Numbered from the stretch's first letter, positions 39,637-50,062 are shown. The stretch is DNA of 64,000 nt from Candidatus Hydrogenedentota bacterium (GCA_963668025.2 CAXXTH010000017.1:288001-352000), one strand, 5' to 3'. Notes: generated by a model not told the origin, from the sequence alone. Made by a program: numbers and translations.

Positions 39637-40296
39637 ATGGCAATAGTCGATCTTGCATTTCGCATTGAAGGGGAAACGATTGCTGTCGATCATGGTTATG
39701 CGCTTTACAGTGCTCTCAGCCGGATATGGCCTGTGCTGCACGCAGAAACGGAAGAGTGGATGAAATCGACCGGCATCCACCCTATAGCAGGTCGCCTGGC
39801 TGGCGATAGGCATAAATCTCTGGACCGTTCCGTGAGCCGACTTGTCATCCGAATGCCAGCAGAACATATTTCGGATGCGCTATCGCTGACGGGAGCTACA
39901 TTACAGGTCGACGGCTATGAGGTTCGCATTGGTGTGCCGGAGGTGCGCGCTCTCGTTTCGGCCCCGCGTCTTTACTGTAGATTGGCCATCATCAAAGGCT
40001 TCACTGAGCCCACGGCCTTTCTTGATGCGGCTCGCCGACAGCTTGACATTCTTCAAATTAAAGCAGATCTAGGCATCCCAACGCGTGCGAGCCAATGTGC
40101 CCGAGAAGGCAATTCAGAACGGGCAAGCGCTCAAGGAACGCCTTTACGGCGAACCATGCGCATAAAGGACAAGGAGATTGTGGGATTTGCTTTGCTCGTT
40201 GAAGGGCTTAATGCAGATGATTCCCTGCGCCTTCAGGAGATTGGCATTGGTGGCCGAAGAAAATTCGGTTGTGGCATCTTTGTGCCAGCGCGGTAA
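39637..40296 (+). CDS. cas6: CRISPR endoribonuclease Cas6 (Myxococcus/Cmx6 type)
   Basis: VDL.F...G..I..DHGYALYSAL; G-rich loop GIGGRRKFGCGIF. Confidence 0.93.
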   Translation: MAIVDLAFRIEGETIAVDHGYALYSALSRIWPVLHAETEEWMKSTGIHPIAGRLAGDRHKSLDRSVSRLVIRMPAEHISDALSLTGATLQVDGYEVRIGVPEVRALVSAPRLYCRLAIIKGFTEPTAFLDAARRQLDILQIKADLGIPTRASQCAREGNSERASAQGTPLRRTMRIKDKEIVGFALLVEGLNADDSLRLQEIGIGGRRKFGCGIFVPAR

Positions 40297-40302
40297 AACA
40301 TT

Positions 40303-42642
40303 ATGAATATACAGTCTCCGTTTCTGGCGAAACGCCCCAGAGACTTTTTGCATATACGCGATGCAGAAACTTTATCGGGCCATATCCGTGCCGTGTTAGA
40401 GGCTTTCAAAGCACTTTTTGGCGATTCAAATAATCAAACGCCATTTGGATGCGCTTGGCTTAGATTCATGAGAATTCCTGCAAAGGAACATCCCAGATTT
40501 TACGCTGCCGCAACACTTGCCAGCGTACTGCATGATATAGGTAAAGCCAATGACGGATTTCAAAAACTTGTCAAGGGCGAGAATGGAGGATCTCAACAGA
40601 TTCGGCATGAGCATTTGAGCGCTCTCATTCTACGTCACGAGGCAGTTGCCCGTATTTTACCGGTTGAATACCATGAAAATGAGCGCCTTATACTTGCTTC
40701 AGTAATGGGGCATCATTTGCGTGTGTCGGACAATGACAACGATACCCGGCTTGCTCGACCTCTAGTGCCTTTGCATCCATTGCCTATTCATATTCCCGTG
40801 AATCCATTGCGAGAAATCATTTTGATCGCATATGAGGCCATTATGTCTTCTCCGCCCGAATTGTCACTTGAGTGTTTCCCGGAAATATGGAGTTTTGAAA
40901 GCAATATTGGTTTTAACCTTAGACCGGTCGCGGATAATCTGTGCAAATGCATGAGGGGATGGAAGCGGGAGCTAAAGAGAAATGATGAAGAGCGGCAGTT
41001 ATTAGCAGCGGTGCGGGCATCAGTCATTCTAGCTGATGCTGCTGGTTCAGGGCTACCACGTGAAGGAAAGCCCGTGACAGAATGGATCTATTCAGTGATG
41101 CACGACATTCCTTTACTTTATGGAGGCACCATAAAAGATAAGATTATCGAGCCTCGTATAAGTGAGATACAACGGAAAGGCACCGTTTATCGGCCGACAG
41201 ATTTTCAGGAAGCCTGCGATTCTCTCCCAGGACGTTCGCTACTACTTGCCCCATGTGGCAGCGGGAAAACACTCGCTGCTTGGCGCTGGATTGCCGCACA
41301 ACTCACTGTTTCGCCCCGGCGACGAGTGATTTTTTTGTATCCTACTCGGGCTACCGCGACAGAAGGATTCCGCGACTATATATCATGGGCACCGGAAGCA
41401 GATGCAGCATTGATGCATGGCACATCAGACTATGAATTGAAATCACTTTTCGAGAATCCTCTGGATAAACGAAGTCAAAAGGATTTCTCTACAGAAGACC
41501 GGCTCTTCGCCTTAGGATACTGGGGAAAGAGAATTTTCAGCGCGACAGTGGACCAATTCCTGGGATTCATGCAACACGATTACCGCTCTATATGCTTAAT
41601 GCCTCTGCTGGCGGACAGCGTCATCGTATTTGATGAAGTGCATAGCTACGACAAAACGTTATTTTCCGCGCTCAAAAGATTTCTGGAAAAGTTTGATATC
41701 CCCGCACTTTGCATGACGGCGTCCCTCACGGAACGCCGCAGACATGATCTTGAAAACATAGGACTGCGCACTTTCCCGCAGGCCGCAGAACGATTCAGCG
41801 ATTTGGAAGCCATCGCGAGCATGAAGCGTTATCATGTTTGCCGTATTGGTAAACCCGAAGAGGCGGAACAACAGGCTCAACAAACCCTTTCCGACGGAGG
41901 AAAGGTGCTCTGGGTGGTCAATTCCGTGGAACGCTGCCAGGGGCTTGCTCAAAAACTGAACGGTTTGTGTTACCACAGCCGGTTCAAACTAGACGACCGA
42001 AAGCAGCGCCATCATGAACTTATGTCACGCTTTCAAGAACCAGGAAGTTCTGTATTGGCCGTCACTACGCAAGTGTGTGAAATGAGTCTTGATATTGACG
42101 CTTCCCTTTTGATCACCGAGGATGCGCCTATTCCATGCCTTATTCAACGCATGGGCCGGTGTAACCGCCACACAAGACCCGGTGATACATCCCGGCATCT
42201 CGGCGAAGTCCTTATTTACCAGCCAGAATCCTTCCTGCCCTATCATAACGAGGAACTAAGCGGACTGAGCCAATTTCTTGATGTTGTCCATGGGCGCGAG
42301 GTCTCTCAAAAAGAATTACAGGAATTACTAGAACAGTTTGGAGCAGATACGCCTGAATGGCAACAATATGCCGCGTTTCTCGAATCAGGGCCATGGGCTA
42401 TTGCCCACGAAAATCCTCTACGGGACAGCAATGATTTCACAGAACCGGCTGTTCTCGATACAGATATTCTTAAGTTTCTTGAACTGCGCCAAAACCATCA
42501 ACCCACAGATGGCTTCATCGTTCCCGTGCCTCGCCGATTCACGCAATATGATTCCTGGCTCGGCCGTTATCCACGCATGGCCCCCGCCAGCCATTATGAC
42601 GAGAAATATGGCTTTGGGGAACAGACAAAGGAGGATGCTTGA
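40303..42642 (+). CDS. cas3: Cas3 HD nuclease-helicase
   Basis: LHDIGKAN, HEHLS, GHH and AD (HD domain); APCGSGKT, DEVH, MTAS, YHSRF, TQVCEMSLDID and QRMGRCNR (helicase). Confidence 0.95.
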   Translation: MNIQSPFLAKRPRDFLHIRDAETLSGHIRAVLEAFKALFGDSNNQTPFGCAWLRFMRIPAKEHPRFYAAATLASVLHDIGKANDGFQKLVKGENGGSQQIRHEHLSALILRHEAVARILPVEYHENERLILASVMGHHLRVSDNDNDTRLARPLVPLHPLPIHIPVNPLREIILIAYEAIMSSPPELSLECFPEIWSFESNIGFNLRPVADNLCKCMRGWKRELKRNDEERQLLAAVRASVILADAAGSGLPREGKPVTEWIYSVMHDIPLLYGGTIKDKIIEPRISEIQRKGTVYRPTDFQEACDSLPGRSLLLAPCGSGKTLAAWRWIAAQLTVSPRRRVIFLYPTRATATEGFRDYISWAPEADAALMHGTSDYELKSLFENPLDKRSQKDFSTEDRLFALGYWGKRIFSATVDQFLGFMQHDYRSICLMPLLADSVIVFDEVHSYDKTLFSALKRFLEKFDIPALCMTASLTERRRHDLENIGLRTFPQAAERFSDLEAIASMKRYHVCRIGKPEEAEQQAQQTLSDGGKVLWVVNSVERCQGLAQKLNGLCYHSRFKLDDRKQRHHELMSRFQEPGSSVLAVTTQVCEMSLDIDASLLITEDAPIPCLIQRMGRCNRHTRPGDTSRHLGEVLIYQPESFLPYHNEELSGLSQFLDVVHGREVSQKELQELLEQFGADTPEWQQYAAFLESGPWAIAHENPLRDSNDFTEPAVLDTDILKFLELRQNHQPTDGFIVPVPRRFTQYDSWLGRYPRMAPASHYDEKYGFGEQTKEDA

Positions 42643-44321
42643 TGCCCAAGAAAAAAACGCATGACCGGCAGGACGGAAGCTCACTCATTATCGAGTACAA
42701 CCTACACGATTTGCCCACCGCCCAGCACAAAGCAGGACTCGCCGGGCTTGTGCTTATGCTCCGCTCCATGGAAATGCGTGAATTATCGCCCATTCCCAAA
42801 ATCCTCGAACTCACACCATCCACGCTGAAATTGGAAGTCACCGAGAAAAGCCTCCAAACTTTATTCGACGATCTTTACGACGCGGAATGGGTCGAAGAGC
42901 CATTGAAAAAAAAGGCAAATAAAGCGGACTCAACACTACCGGAAGAAGACGATGATAATGCGGAAGAAGGAGAAAATGGTGGAACCGAAAAGGGAATAAA
43001 AGTTTCACCAAAAGGTAAATTCTGGGAACCTCTTCTACCTCAGGATAACGCCGTTTGGGTGGAACTGTGGCGAGATATGCTTTGGCAAACACTTCGCGGA
43101 AAAGATAGACAACGGAATGACTATAAGAAACGCGCTAATGGAAATGCATACAGCAAAAATCCTTGGAATGATCTAAAAAATGCCATTGAAGCAAGAAGCA
43201 AAAACAAACTCGTTACAGGTAAAAAAATTGCCGGTACGCTATTCGTTGGTGCGCAAGAACACAACGCTGAATATATAGATTTCCAAGGCACAATTCATCA
43301 CAATTTACTTCTGCATTTCTGGACATTGGCATGTCGCGTGTATTGTCCATCAACTATTGATATAAAGAATGGCACATTGTCTTACGAAGGCTTTGTGCTC
43401 GTCATTCCAGAACCGGCGGCTCTAGATGCTTTTCTCGAAGAAATGGCAGATGCATGGCGGACCATCGAAACAAGAATTGTAAAATACCGACCAGCGGCGG
43501 CGCAGATTGATGTGCCGGAGGAAGGAGGGCTTGATTTCCTGTACTCATTGGCGCACGCAAAGGTCCGGCAATGCCCCGTTACTGACCTCGTTGCGGCAAT
43601 CGAATTCTGCTTTCTCAAAAGAAAAGGTAATAACATCAACATGAAGGATTATGGACGGATCATTCCAACCCAGAACATAGTAGAACAATATGAGGAAATC
43701 CGTAATCGCGTGTTCAATCCATTGTTTAAGGCGGTGCGTTTGCGAAACGTGCTTTCAGGTACATCCTGGTTTGGTGGGATGGATGACGCATTTTCTTCGT
43801 TTCCTAGGGAGTTCTTTGTATCAACAGATAAAACGCCGAGAAAGCTGTATTTTTTCGGGATTGACGTTCAAAGGGAGTTTAGACAAATCGAAAATCGTTG
43901 CCAAGCATTGGCGGCCATGAAGGGAGGTGAAGATATTATGAAGGAAAACTTCGACGAGATACTGGCGCGGCGTGTGTATGTGCTCATTCGGAGTTATGTG
44001 CAATGCCGCACGAAAGAACGTTCGGGTTGTAAGGACGACGATTTCAAAAACAATAAGAATGAAAAGGGGCAGATCATCTATCCACCGGACTACCGCGAAG
44101 CGCGCGAAAAGGTATGTTCGGACGCCTTTCTAGCCATGCGCGGACGCACCGATAACGATTTCGTTACCTATTTTGCAGGCACGATATGCTCTATCCCCCA
44201 ATTTCTACGCGAGGAAGACTATGTGCTTGTAACACAGGCATTGATGACGAATTGGGAAATGGTAAAGACCTTGTCCATGCTTGCATTGTCAGCCCATTCC
44301 TACTTATCGCAACCAGACTAA
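42639..44321 (+). CDS. cas8: Cas8 large subunit (Cmx8 / type I-B Myxan)
   Basis: Y.L.DLPTAQHKAGLAGL, WRDMLW..LRG, LLLHFW and AFLAMRGR...F..YF..TICS.PQ; position between cas3 and cas7. Confidence 0.88.
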   Translation: MMPKKKTHDRQDGSSLIIEYNLHDLPTAQHKAGLAGLVLMLRSMEMRELSPIPKILELTPSTLKLEVTEKSLQTLFDDLYDAEWVEEPLKKKANKADSTLPEEDDDNAEEGENGGTEKGIKVSPKGKFWEPLLPQDNAVWVELWRDMLWQTLRGKDRQRNDYKKRANGNAYSKNPWNDLKNAIEARSKNKLVTGKKIAGTLFVGAQEHNAEYIDFQGTIHHNLLLHFWTLACRVYCPSTIDIKNGTLSYEGFVLVIPEPAALDAFLEEMADAWRTIETRIVKYRPAAAQIDVPEEGGLDFLYSLAHAKVRQCPVTDLVAAIEFCFLKRKGNNINMKDYGRIIPTQNIVEQYEEIRNRVFNPLFKAVRLRNVLSGTSWFGGMDDAFSSFPREFFVSTDKTPRKLYFFGIDVQREFRQIENRCQALAAMKGGEDIMKENFDEILARRVYVLIRSYVQCRTKERSGCKDDDFKNNKNEKGQIIYPPDYREAREKVCSDAFLAMRGRTDNDFVTYFAGTICSIPQFLREEDYVLVTQALMTNWEMVKTLSMLALSAHSYLSQPD

Positions 44322-44343
44322 AAAAGGGAAGGAGACATTACCA

Positions 44344-45273
44344 ATGAACCTTTTTGCATCTATTTTGACGAACATCGCTCCGAGCGCGAATTATCGTGGG
44401 GAAAGCGCTGAAAACAGAGCAGTAATTCAGAAGATAACCAAAGGTCGCCACGAATATGCGATTATTTCGCCTGAAGCGATACGCAATGCATTACGGGAGA
44501 CGGTAAAGGAGTTGGGATTGCCCTGCAATCGCGAACGTCTGGGCGACGAAGAACAGCTTGCTGTGAAGTTTCAGGACTATCCAAATGCCGACAAATACGC
44601 AGATGATTTTTTTATGGGATGGCTAGTAGCGGCAGGGAAAAAGGACAGGGAAAAGATAATCAAGGAACTGGAAAAAGAAAGTAAAGAACGAGCCACTCAT
44701 TTCACGTTCAAACGCGACAGTATTCTGCGGATGAATATGGCCGTTGCACTCGAACCTTATCGCCACAACAGCGTGTTTACACAATCTCCACAGAATGTCG
44801 ATAGCCCCTGGGCCAATGCGGAGAATTCCGGACTGCTTCACCGAGAGACCGTCGTCACGGCATACCAATATCCCTTCGCCTTGAACATAGAGGAATGCCG
44901 GGCTCAGGCGGAGTGGACAAAGACGTTGCTACAAGCCATTGGGCAACTTAACGGCGTCGCGGGAAATCATGCTCGCAGCTATTTCGAGTTCGCACCTGCC
45001 AGCATTGTAGTCCGGCTAACCAAGCAGTTAGTTGCAGGATATGACACTTACGGATTCCGAATCACGGACGAGGGAGTGCACCAAGCGCCGGAGATTATCG
45101 AAGGCATCTTGAAAGAGGACTATCCAGGCAGCGAGTTTTATCTCGCGGGTAAATTGGTCAAAGACTTATCCGATGAGGATAGAGATGCGTTGAAGGCAAA
45201 AGGCACCTCACTTGAACGCAGTCCCCAGCGCTTGCTTGAAATCGTGGCGGCGACCGCGTTTGACGGAGCGTGA
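44344..45273 (+). CDS. cas7: Cas7 (DevR/Cst2-like)
   Basis: ANYRGES..NR..IQKI, SPEAIRNALRE, KRDS.LRMN.A and VAGNHARS. Confidence 0.92.
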   Translation: MNLFASILTNIAPSANYRGESAENRAVIQKITKGRHEYAIISPEAIRNALRETVKELGLPCNRERLGDEEQLAVKFQDYPNADKYADDFFMGWLVAAGKKDREKIIKELEKESKERATHFTFKRDSILRMNMAVALEPYRHNSVFTQSPQNVDSPWANAENSGLLHRETVVTAYQYPFALNIEECRAQAEWTKTLLQAIGQLNGVAGNHARSYFEFAPASIVVRLTKQLVAGYDTYGFRITDEGVHQAPEIIEGILKEDYPGSEFYLAGKLVKDLSDEDRDALKAKGTSLERSPQRLLEIVAATAFDGA

Positions 45274-45276
45274 ACC

Positions 45277-45963
45277 ATGCTTACTCTCTATGTTCAAGCG
45301 CCATTCGCGGTTTTTCGGACGTTCACCGCAGGCAGCTTCCGTCCAACGGCGGGGTTTATCACCCCGTCCGCGGCTTACGGTCTGTTGCTCAATGTCGCGG
45401 GTATCGAGATGCGCCATTACGATGAAGAGCAACCCATGACCCTTATCGCGAAAAACTTGCCCCATTTTGATGTGGCTCTAGGCGCGCTGCAAACACCCCT
45501 CGAACACACGCTATATCAGCAACTGCATAATTATCCCGTAGGAAGTTCGGGACAGGAGCGGGCGGAGTCATGCAAGGGCAACAAATACAACATCACGCCC
45601 GTGCGCCGTGCATTCCTATCCGATGTGCGCGGGTATATCGCAATGCGCAACAACGAAGCCCTCGAAGAACAAGTGAAGCTGGGATTGCGAGGAGAAACGC
45701 CGCATGTGTATGGCCTACCCTTTCTCGGCGACAACAACTTTCTGCTGGATCGCTTGCAGCCTGTGGGCGAGCCAGAACCTGCATGCTGGTATGAACCGCT
45801 CAAGGCTGAAGCGGAAGGGGAAGGACCACGCTTTGGCGTTACGCGCTTGACAGTTGCTATTGATCGCGCTGACATGTCGCAGACGCGTTCCACACTGTTC
45901 GCGCCGGGAAATCAAGCAACAAAGGAGATACCCGAAACTGCCTGGGTCAAGGTCGGCTACTGA
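45277..45963 (+). CDS. cas5: Cas5 (DevS/Cmx5)
   Basis: APFAVFR.F.AG.FR.T, PSAAYGLLLN, YQQLH.YPVG and YGLPF.GDNN. Confidence 0.92.
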   Translation: MLTLYVQAPFAVFRTFTAGSFRPTAGFITPSAAYGLLLNVAGIEMRHYDEEQPMTLIAKNLPHFDVALGALQTPLEHTLYQQLHNYPVGSSGQERAESCKGNKYNITPVRRAFLSDVRGYIAMRNNEALEEQVKLGLRGETPHVYGLPFLGDNNFLLDRLQPVGEPEPACWYEPLKAEAEGEGPRFGVTRLTVAIDRADMSQTRSTLFAPGNQATKEIPETAWVKVGY

Positions 45964-47132
45964 TGTCCAACGAACCCGAAACCGCCAGTCCGCGTGATGG
46001 CCCTGCATGCGCTGGCCTATTGCGAACGCCTCTTCTACCTTGAAGAGGTGGAAGAGATCCGTGTGGCCGATGAGCGAGTTTACGCAGGGCGGGCGCTGCA
46101 TGAGGAACTGGCAGACGAGGACGACATCACCGACTCGCGCACATTTGAACTCGAAAGTGAGGTATACGGCATTAAAGGCAAGCTCGATGCCGTGCGCCAT
46201 AGGGAGGGTGCATGGATTCCATACGAACACAAACGAGGCCGGTGTTTTCGTGGCAAGGATGGCCAGCCAGAAGCATGGCGGTCCGATGCGCTCCAAGTCG
46301 CGGCGTATGCTCTACTGCTGGAAGAATGCACCGGGAAATCACCCCCCGAGGGCCGGGTGCGCTATCATGCGGACAATCTCACGGTTCGCGTTCCAATCGA
46401 TGTGGAAATGCGAGAAGCTGTTGTAGATGCCATAGCGCGCGCACGTGAATTGCGCGTTAGCGCCGAACGCCCGCGCATCACGGAAAATGACCGGCTTTGC
46501 CTGAAATGTTCGCTTGCGCCCGTATGCCTGCCGGAGGAAGAGCGCCTCGCCACCGATCCAGAATGGGAGGCTGTGCGGCTTTTCCCACCAAATCCAGAAG
46601 GGCAGACAGTGCATGTAACCACGCCAGGTGCGCGCGTGGGCCGCTCCGGCGACACGCTGGTGATCACCGGCGAAACCGCCGATAAGGAACTGAAAACATC
46701 CATTTTAATGCGTTGCTCAGCTTTGGATACGCCCTTCTATACCGTTCTGTAATGCAAGCCGCACTTACTATCGGCCTGGAACCGGCTTTCGGCTTCTATC
46801 ATACGCCGCGTTCGAGCGCTTATCCTCTAGTGCTCGATCTGATGGAACTCTTCCGTGTACCCCTGTGGGACATACCCCTTATAGGTTCGATCAATCGCCG
46901 CCAGTGGGATCCTGCTGCTGATTTTATCTCTACCCGCGCCAAAGTGTGGCTCAGCGAACAAGGCAAGGCCAAGGCCATCGCCCTCTATGAACGCCGCCTC
47001 GCCGAACAATGGAAACATCCGGTTCTCGAATATTCATTATCGTATGCGCGAACTATCGAACTCGAAGCCCGGCTCCTTGAAAAAGAATGGACCGGGCAAC
47101 CGGGCCTGTTCGCCCGCGCAAGATTGAGGTGA
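45963..47132 (+). pseudogene. cas1: cas4/cas1 fusion with internal deletion and frameshift
   Basis: The Cas4 part has YC..CLKCSLAPVC and GKLD..YEHKRG. The Cas1 N-terminus stops at ...ELKTSI (about 46703) and resumes out of frame at [18 protein letters not shown]. Possible extra base at 45981. Confidence 0.88.
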
Positions 47133-47135
47133 GCC

Positions 47136-47420
47136 ATGCGCGCCTGGTATCTTATTAGTTATGACATCCGCGACGAAAAACGCCTTAGAAAAGTCGCCAA
47201 AAAACTCGAAGGATACGGAACACGTATGCAATACAGCCTGTTTCGATGCCAGCTATCCCCTCGCGGCCTAGAGCGCCTCAAATGGGAATTGGCCCAAATC
47301 ACGGAAAAGGAAGACAGCCTCCTCGTGATTTCGCTCTGCCAGAGTTGCACCGGAAAACTGCGCATGCAAAACCCTAAAACAGACTGGCCCGATGAAAATC
47401 AAGCCTTCACAATACTCTGA
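47136..47420 (+). CDS. cas2: CRISPR-associated Cas2
   Basis: YLISYDIRDEKRLRKVAK..EGYG.R.QYS.F, EDSL and C..C. Confidence 0.95.
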   Translation: MRAWYLISYDIRDEKRLRKVAKKLEGYGTRMQYSLFRCQLSPRGLERLKWELAQITEKEDSLLVISLCQSCTGKLRMQNPKTDWPDENQAFTIL

Positions 47421-47701
47421 AACCTCGATCAAGGATCTCTGCGTGAAATCCTTTCATTGCAGCGCAATCCTCATAAACCGTTCGGCCCAAAGAAGATTCA
47501 ATGCACCAACCGCTTTCGAGATACTTGAAAACCGATCTCCTGCCCTTGTAACCTCTCCTACAGCAACCATTAACCTAACCGGACGGTTTCATATATCAAC
47601 ACGGGAGAAGCGCATAATCCATTGCCCTATCCGATTTGCCTGTAGATGCTTGAAAAGCGATCTGCTAAGTGCTTCGCCTCCAATGGTTTGGAGAGGGCGC
47701 A
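47421..47701 (+). promoter_or_regulatory. CRISPR leader
   Basis: Non-coding gap between cas2 and the first repeat, with the repeated motif AGAT[A/G]CTTGAAAA and an inverted copy. Confidence 0.75.
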
Positions 47702-48309
47702 GTGAAATCACCTCTGATGCCGAAAGGCGTTGAGCACATGTATACGGGCGATGTTTCTCCGCTGGCTTCCTGTGAAATCACCTCTGATGCCGAAAGGCGT
47801 TGAGCACAAACAAACATGTTTGGATAGATATGGAGTTGAATATGTGAAATCACCTCTGATGCCGAAAGGCGTTGAGCACACGGCAGGTGGCGTACGAAGC
47901 AGGTGGGCTTTTTCGTGAAATCACCTCTGATGCCGAAAGGCGTTGAGCACCCCTCGGCGTGCAGATGGCTGAGGCCAGCCCCTACCGTGAAATCACCTCT
48001 GATGCCGAAAGGCGTTGAGCACCACGGCGGCGGTGTTACCCCTTGCAGCCCTCTCCGGTGAAATCACCTCTGATGCCGAAAGGCGTTGAGCACCCGCCAA
48101 CTGCGCCTCATTCATGGGCTGCCGCTCAAGTGAAATCACCTCTGATGCCGAAAGGCGTTGAGCACGAGGCAATCCCGGCCGGGAAATACCTGGCAAAGAT
48201 TGTGAAATCACCTCTGATGCCGAAAGGCGTTGAGCACCCGAAGCGTGAATCACAAGTCGCCACGGAGTATCTGGTGAAATCACCTCTGATGCCGAAAGGC
48301 GTTGAGCAC
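47702..48309 (+). CRISPR. CRISPR array, 9 identical 36-bp repeats and 8 spacers (34-36 nt)
   Basis: Repeat GTGAAATCACCTCTGATGCCGAAAGGCGTTGAGCAC at 47702, 47772, 47844, 47915, 47987, 48058, 48130, 48202 and 48274; internal hairpin GATGCC-GAAA-GGCGTT. Confidence 0.99.
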
Positions 48310-48703
48310 GAAACGGAGCCATGGCAAGCAAAATAGATCGGAAATTGGTTCTTGTCAGACATGCTCATCTACAGCCATACTCCATGTAACCGCGAGATCA
48401 GGCTTTGACGATAACAGTCACAATCCTCAGCGGCGTTGATAAACATGCATCGGCCGGGCTTGATGGACAACCGTCGGACATTGTTTTCCAGACGACAGTT
48501 CTAAACAAATCGGCGCTTGTTCGCGCAATAGAGAACGGCTTCCCGTTTGAAGGCATATTGGCAACTCATGCATTGCTCCATAATGTTCATCCTTACTCTA
48601 TAGTATCTTGTAACCTTTCTGCGCATATCATTGTCATACTGTTACTACTATACTTAAAAAATCAACTTCTCTCTCCGAACAGTGCTAACTCATCCAATAG
48701 TGC

Positions 48704-48889
48704 TCAAAAGTCGATTTTCCCTTCTGTGCGTGATTTTCCCTTTCGGCGTGGCCTGGGCGTGGCCGTTTTTGGGAAGGTCTTTGCGCGCTCGCGGCGGGTC
48801 TGCTTGATGACTTCGTCCGCGTAGTGTTCGGCCAGCTTCATGAAGGCCTGGTAGACATTGATGGCCTCTTGCAGGAACTCGGTTTCGTG
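48704..48889 (-). pseudogene. C-terminal remnant of a DUF6788-like IS accessory ORF
   Basis: The frame reads HETEFLQEAINVYQAFMKLAEHYADEVIKQTRRERAK..., similar in pattern to the helical C-terminus of ORF 57487-57849; GC-rich patch. Confidence 0.45.
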
Positions 48890-49059
48890 CCATCTCGATC
48901 TATCTCTTTTTGCGCTTCCCTATATTCCTGGAACGCTTCAAGCGCAAGCGTGAGATGAAACTGTTTATGTGTTTCAAGCGCACGCTCTGATAAAATGCGC
49001 TTCCACTCCTTCTTAGCTTCCTTATCTATAATGGAAGGTGGACAAGGCGTTATATTCAT
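48890..49059 (-). pseudogene. Phage terminase small subunit (P27-like) N-terminal fragment
   Basis: PPSIIDKEAKKEWKRI...EAFQEYREAQKEIDRDG matches the P27-family pattern; truncated after DG. Confidence 0.6.
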
Positions 49060-49601
49060 GTGTTTCTCCTTTAATAGTGTTAATATCGATAAATAGTGGA
49101 TTTCCGGGGGCCTGAAAAATTCGACTTTCATACGCGGAAAGCTGGGCGCGAGGTCTTCCGTCCGAAATCGTATACTTTTACTATCCCCCTAGTACAGTCC
49201 GCACGGGCAAAGTGATACAGATTTCCGTCAACTTCACTTGACATTTGCTGTCAATATACGCATTATTCATACACAAAAAATCTTTTGGAAAAATCTTTTG
49301 AAATCGATCAAAGACATATTGTCTTCGAGTATCAGACGCATATTCGATTGAACAATTTGTTTGAACAAAGAAGATGCATCATGCATGCAACCTTGCCTCT
49401 CTCTATATGCGTACCCACTAGGGGTATTAAAAAAACATCATTGTCCAAAACAACACGAATCAAATATCTCAAACACATTCCACCAAGGAACAAACACAAC
49501 TAACAAATATGTTTGCAATATCCATGCATCCATTCAATGAAGCAACATACTAATCACTCTCATGAAATAGAAATGAAAATGAAACGAAGATCTGGTGAAT
49601 C

Positions 49602-49814
49602 ATGCGTGAAGGAACATTCACAGATTCTTATGGGAAAGACTCCACAAACAATGCAGTGGTGATCATTATGAACAAAGATGAATTCGAGAAATATAACTGG
49701 CAAGGCTTAACTGGTAGGCCTATCTTGGAGCAATTCGAGAGTTCATGTGAAACGTTTTCGATTCACCCCGGTATTCAAAAGGAAATCGATCCCAAGGATA
49801 TTATTTTTTACTGA
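49602..49814 (+). CDS. Low-GC hypothetical fragment
   Basis: 70-aa ORF in an AT-rich degraded region; probably the 3' remnant of a longer gene. Confidence 0.35.
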   Translation: MREGTFTDSYGKDSTNNAVVIIMNKDEFEKYNWQGLTGRPILEQFESSCETFSIHPGIQKEIDPKDIIFY

Positions 49815-49894
49815 ATAGTATAATAACTAGTACGGCCCTATTTTTCTATCCAATTTTTGGACAACTTACATGTGTTTTGATGGATCTTAACGTC

Positions 49895-49923
49895 TTGACA
49901 AAAAATGCCTGATATGATATAAC
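49895..49923 (+). promoter_or_regulatory. Sigma70-like promoter with extended -10
   Basis: TTGACA-17 nt-TATAAC with a TG extension. Confidence 0.55.
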
Positions 49924-50062
49924 TATCGATATCGCAAGGAGTTAGGGCAATGATGTGCGCTAATGCACGTAAAGGTAATTTGGCATTGTGTTCCGCGAAT
50001 GGATACGAATGCATGGCAAACCTCCGTTAGGGGGAGCATTTTTTTAGACAGGATTTACACGA

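Noticed and set aside
47443-47478. GTGAAATC match to the repeat start within the leader
   Set aside because: Only 8 nt match and the remainder is unlike the repeat; not supportable as a degenerate repeat.
47738-48273. Self-targeting spacers
   Set aside because: No match to the window was noticed by eye; a computational search of the full genome is needed to exclude it.
39637-48309. Possible CRISPR-associated transposon (type I-B CAST)
   Set aside because: cas3 is intact and no tnsA/B/C/tniQ is present; the nearby transposases are ordinary IS4/ISKra4 elements with their own ends.
47993-48368. Repetitive ORFs through the CRISPR array (VKSPLMPKGVEH and similar)
   Set aside because: Artefact of 36-nt repeats plus 36-nt spacers keeping frame; no RBS or coding context.
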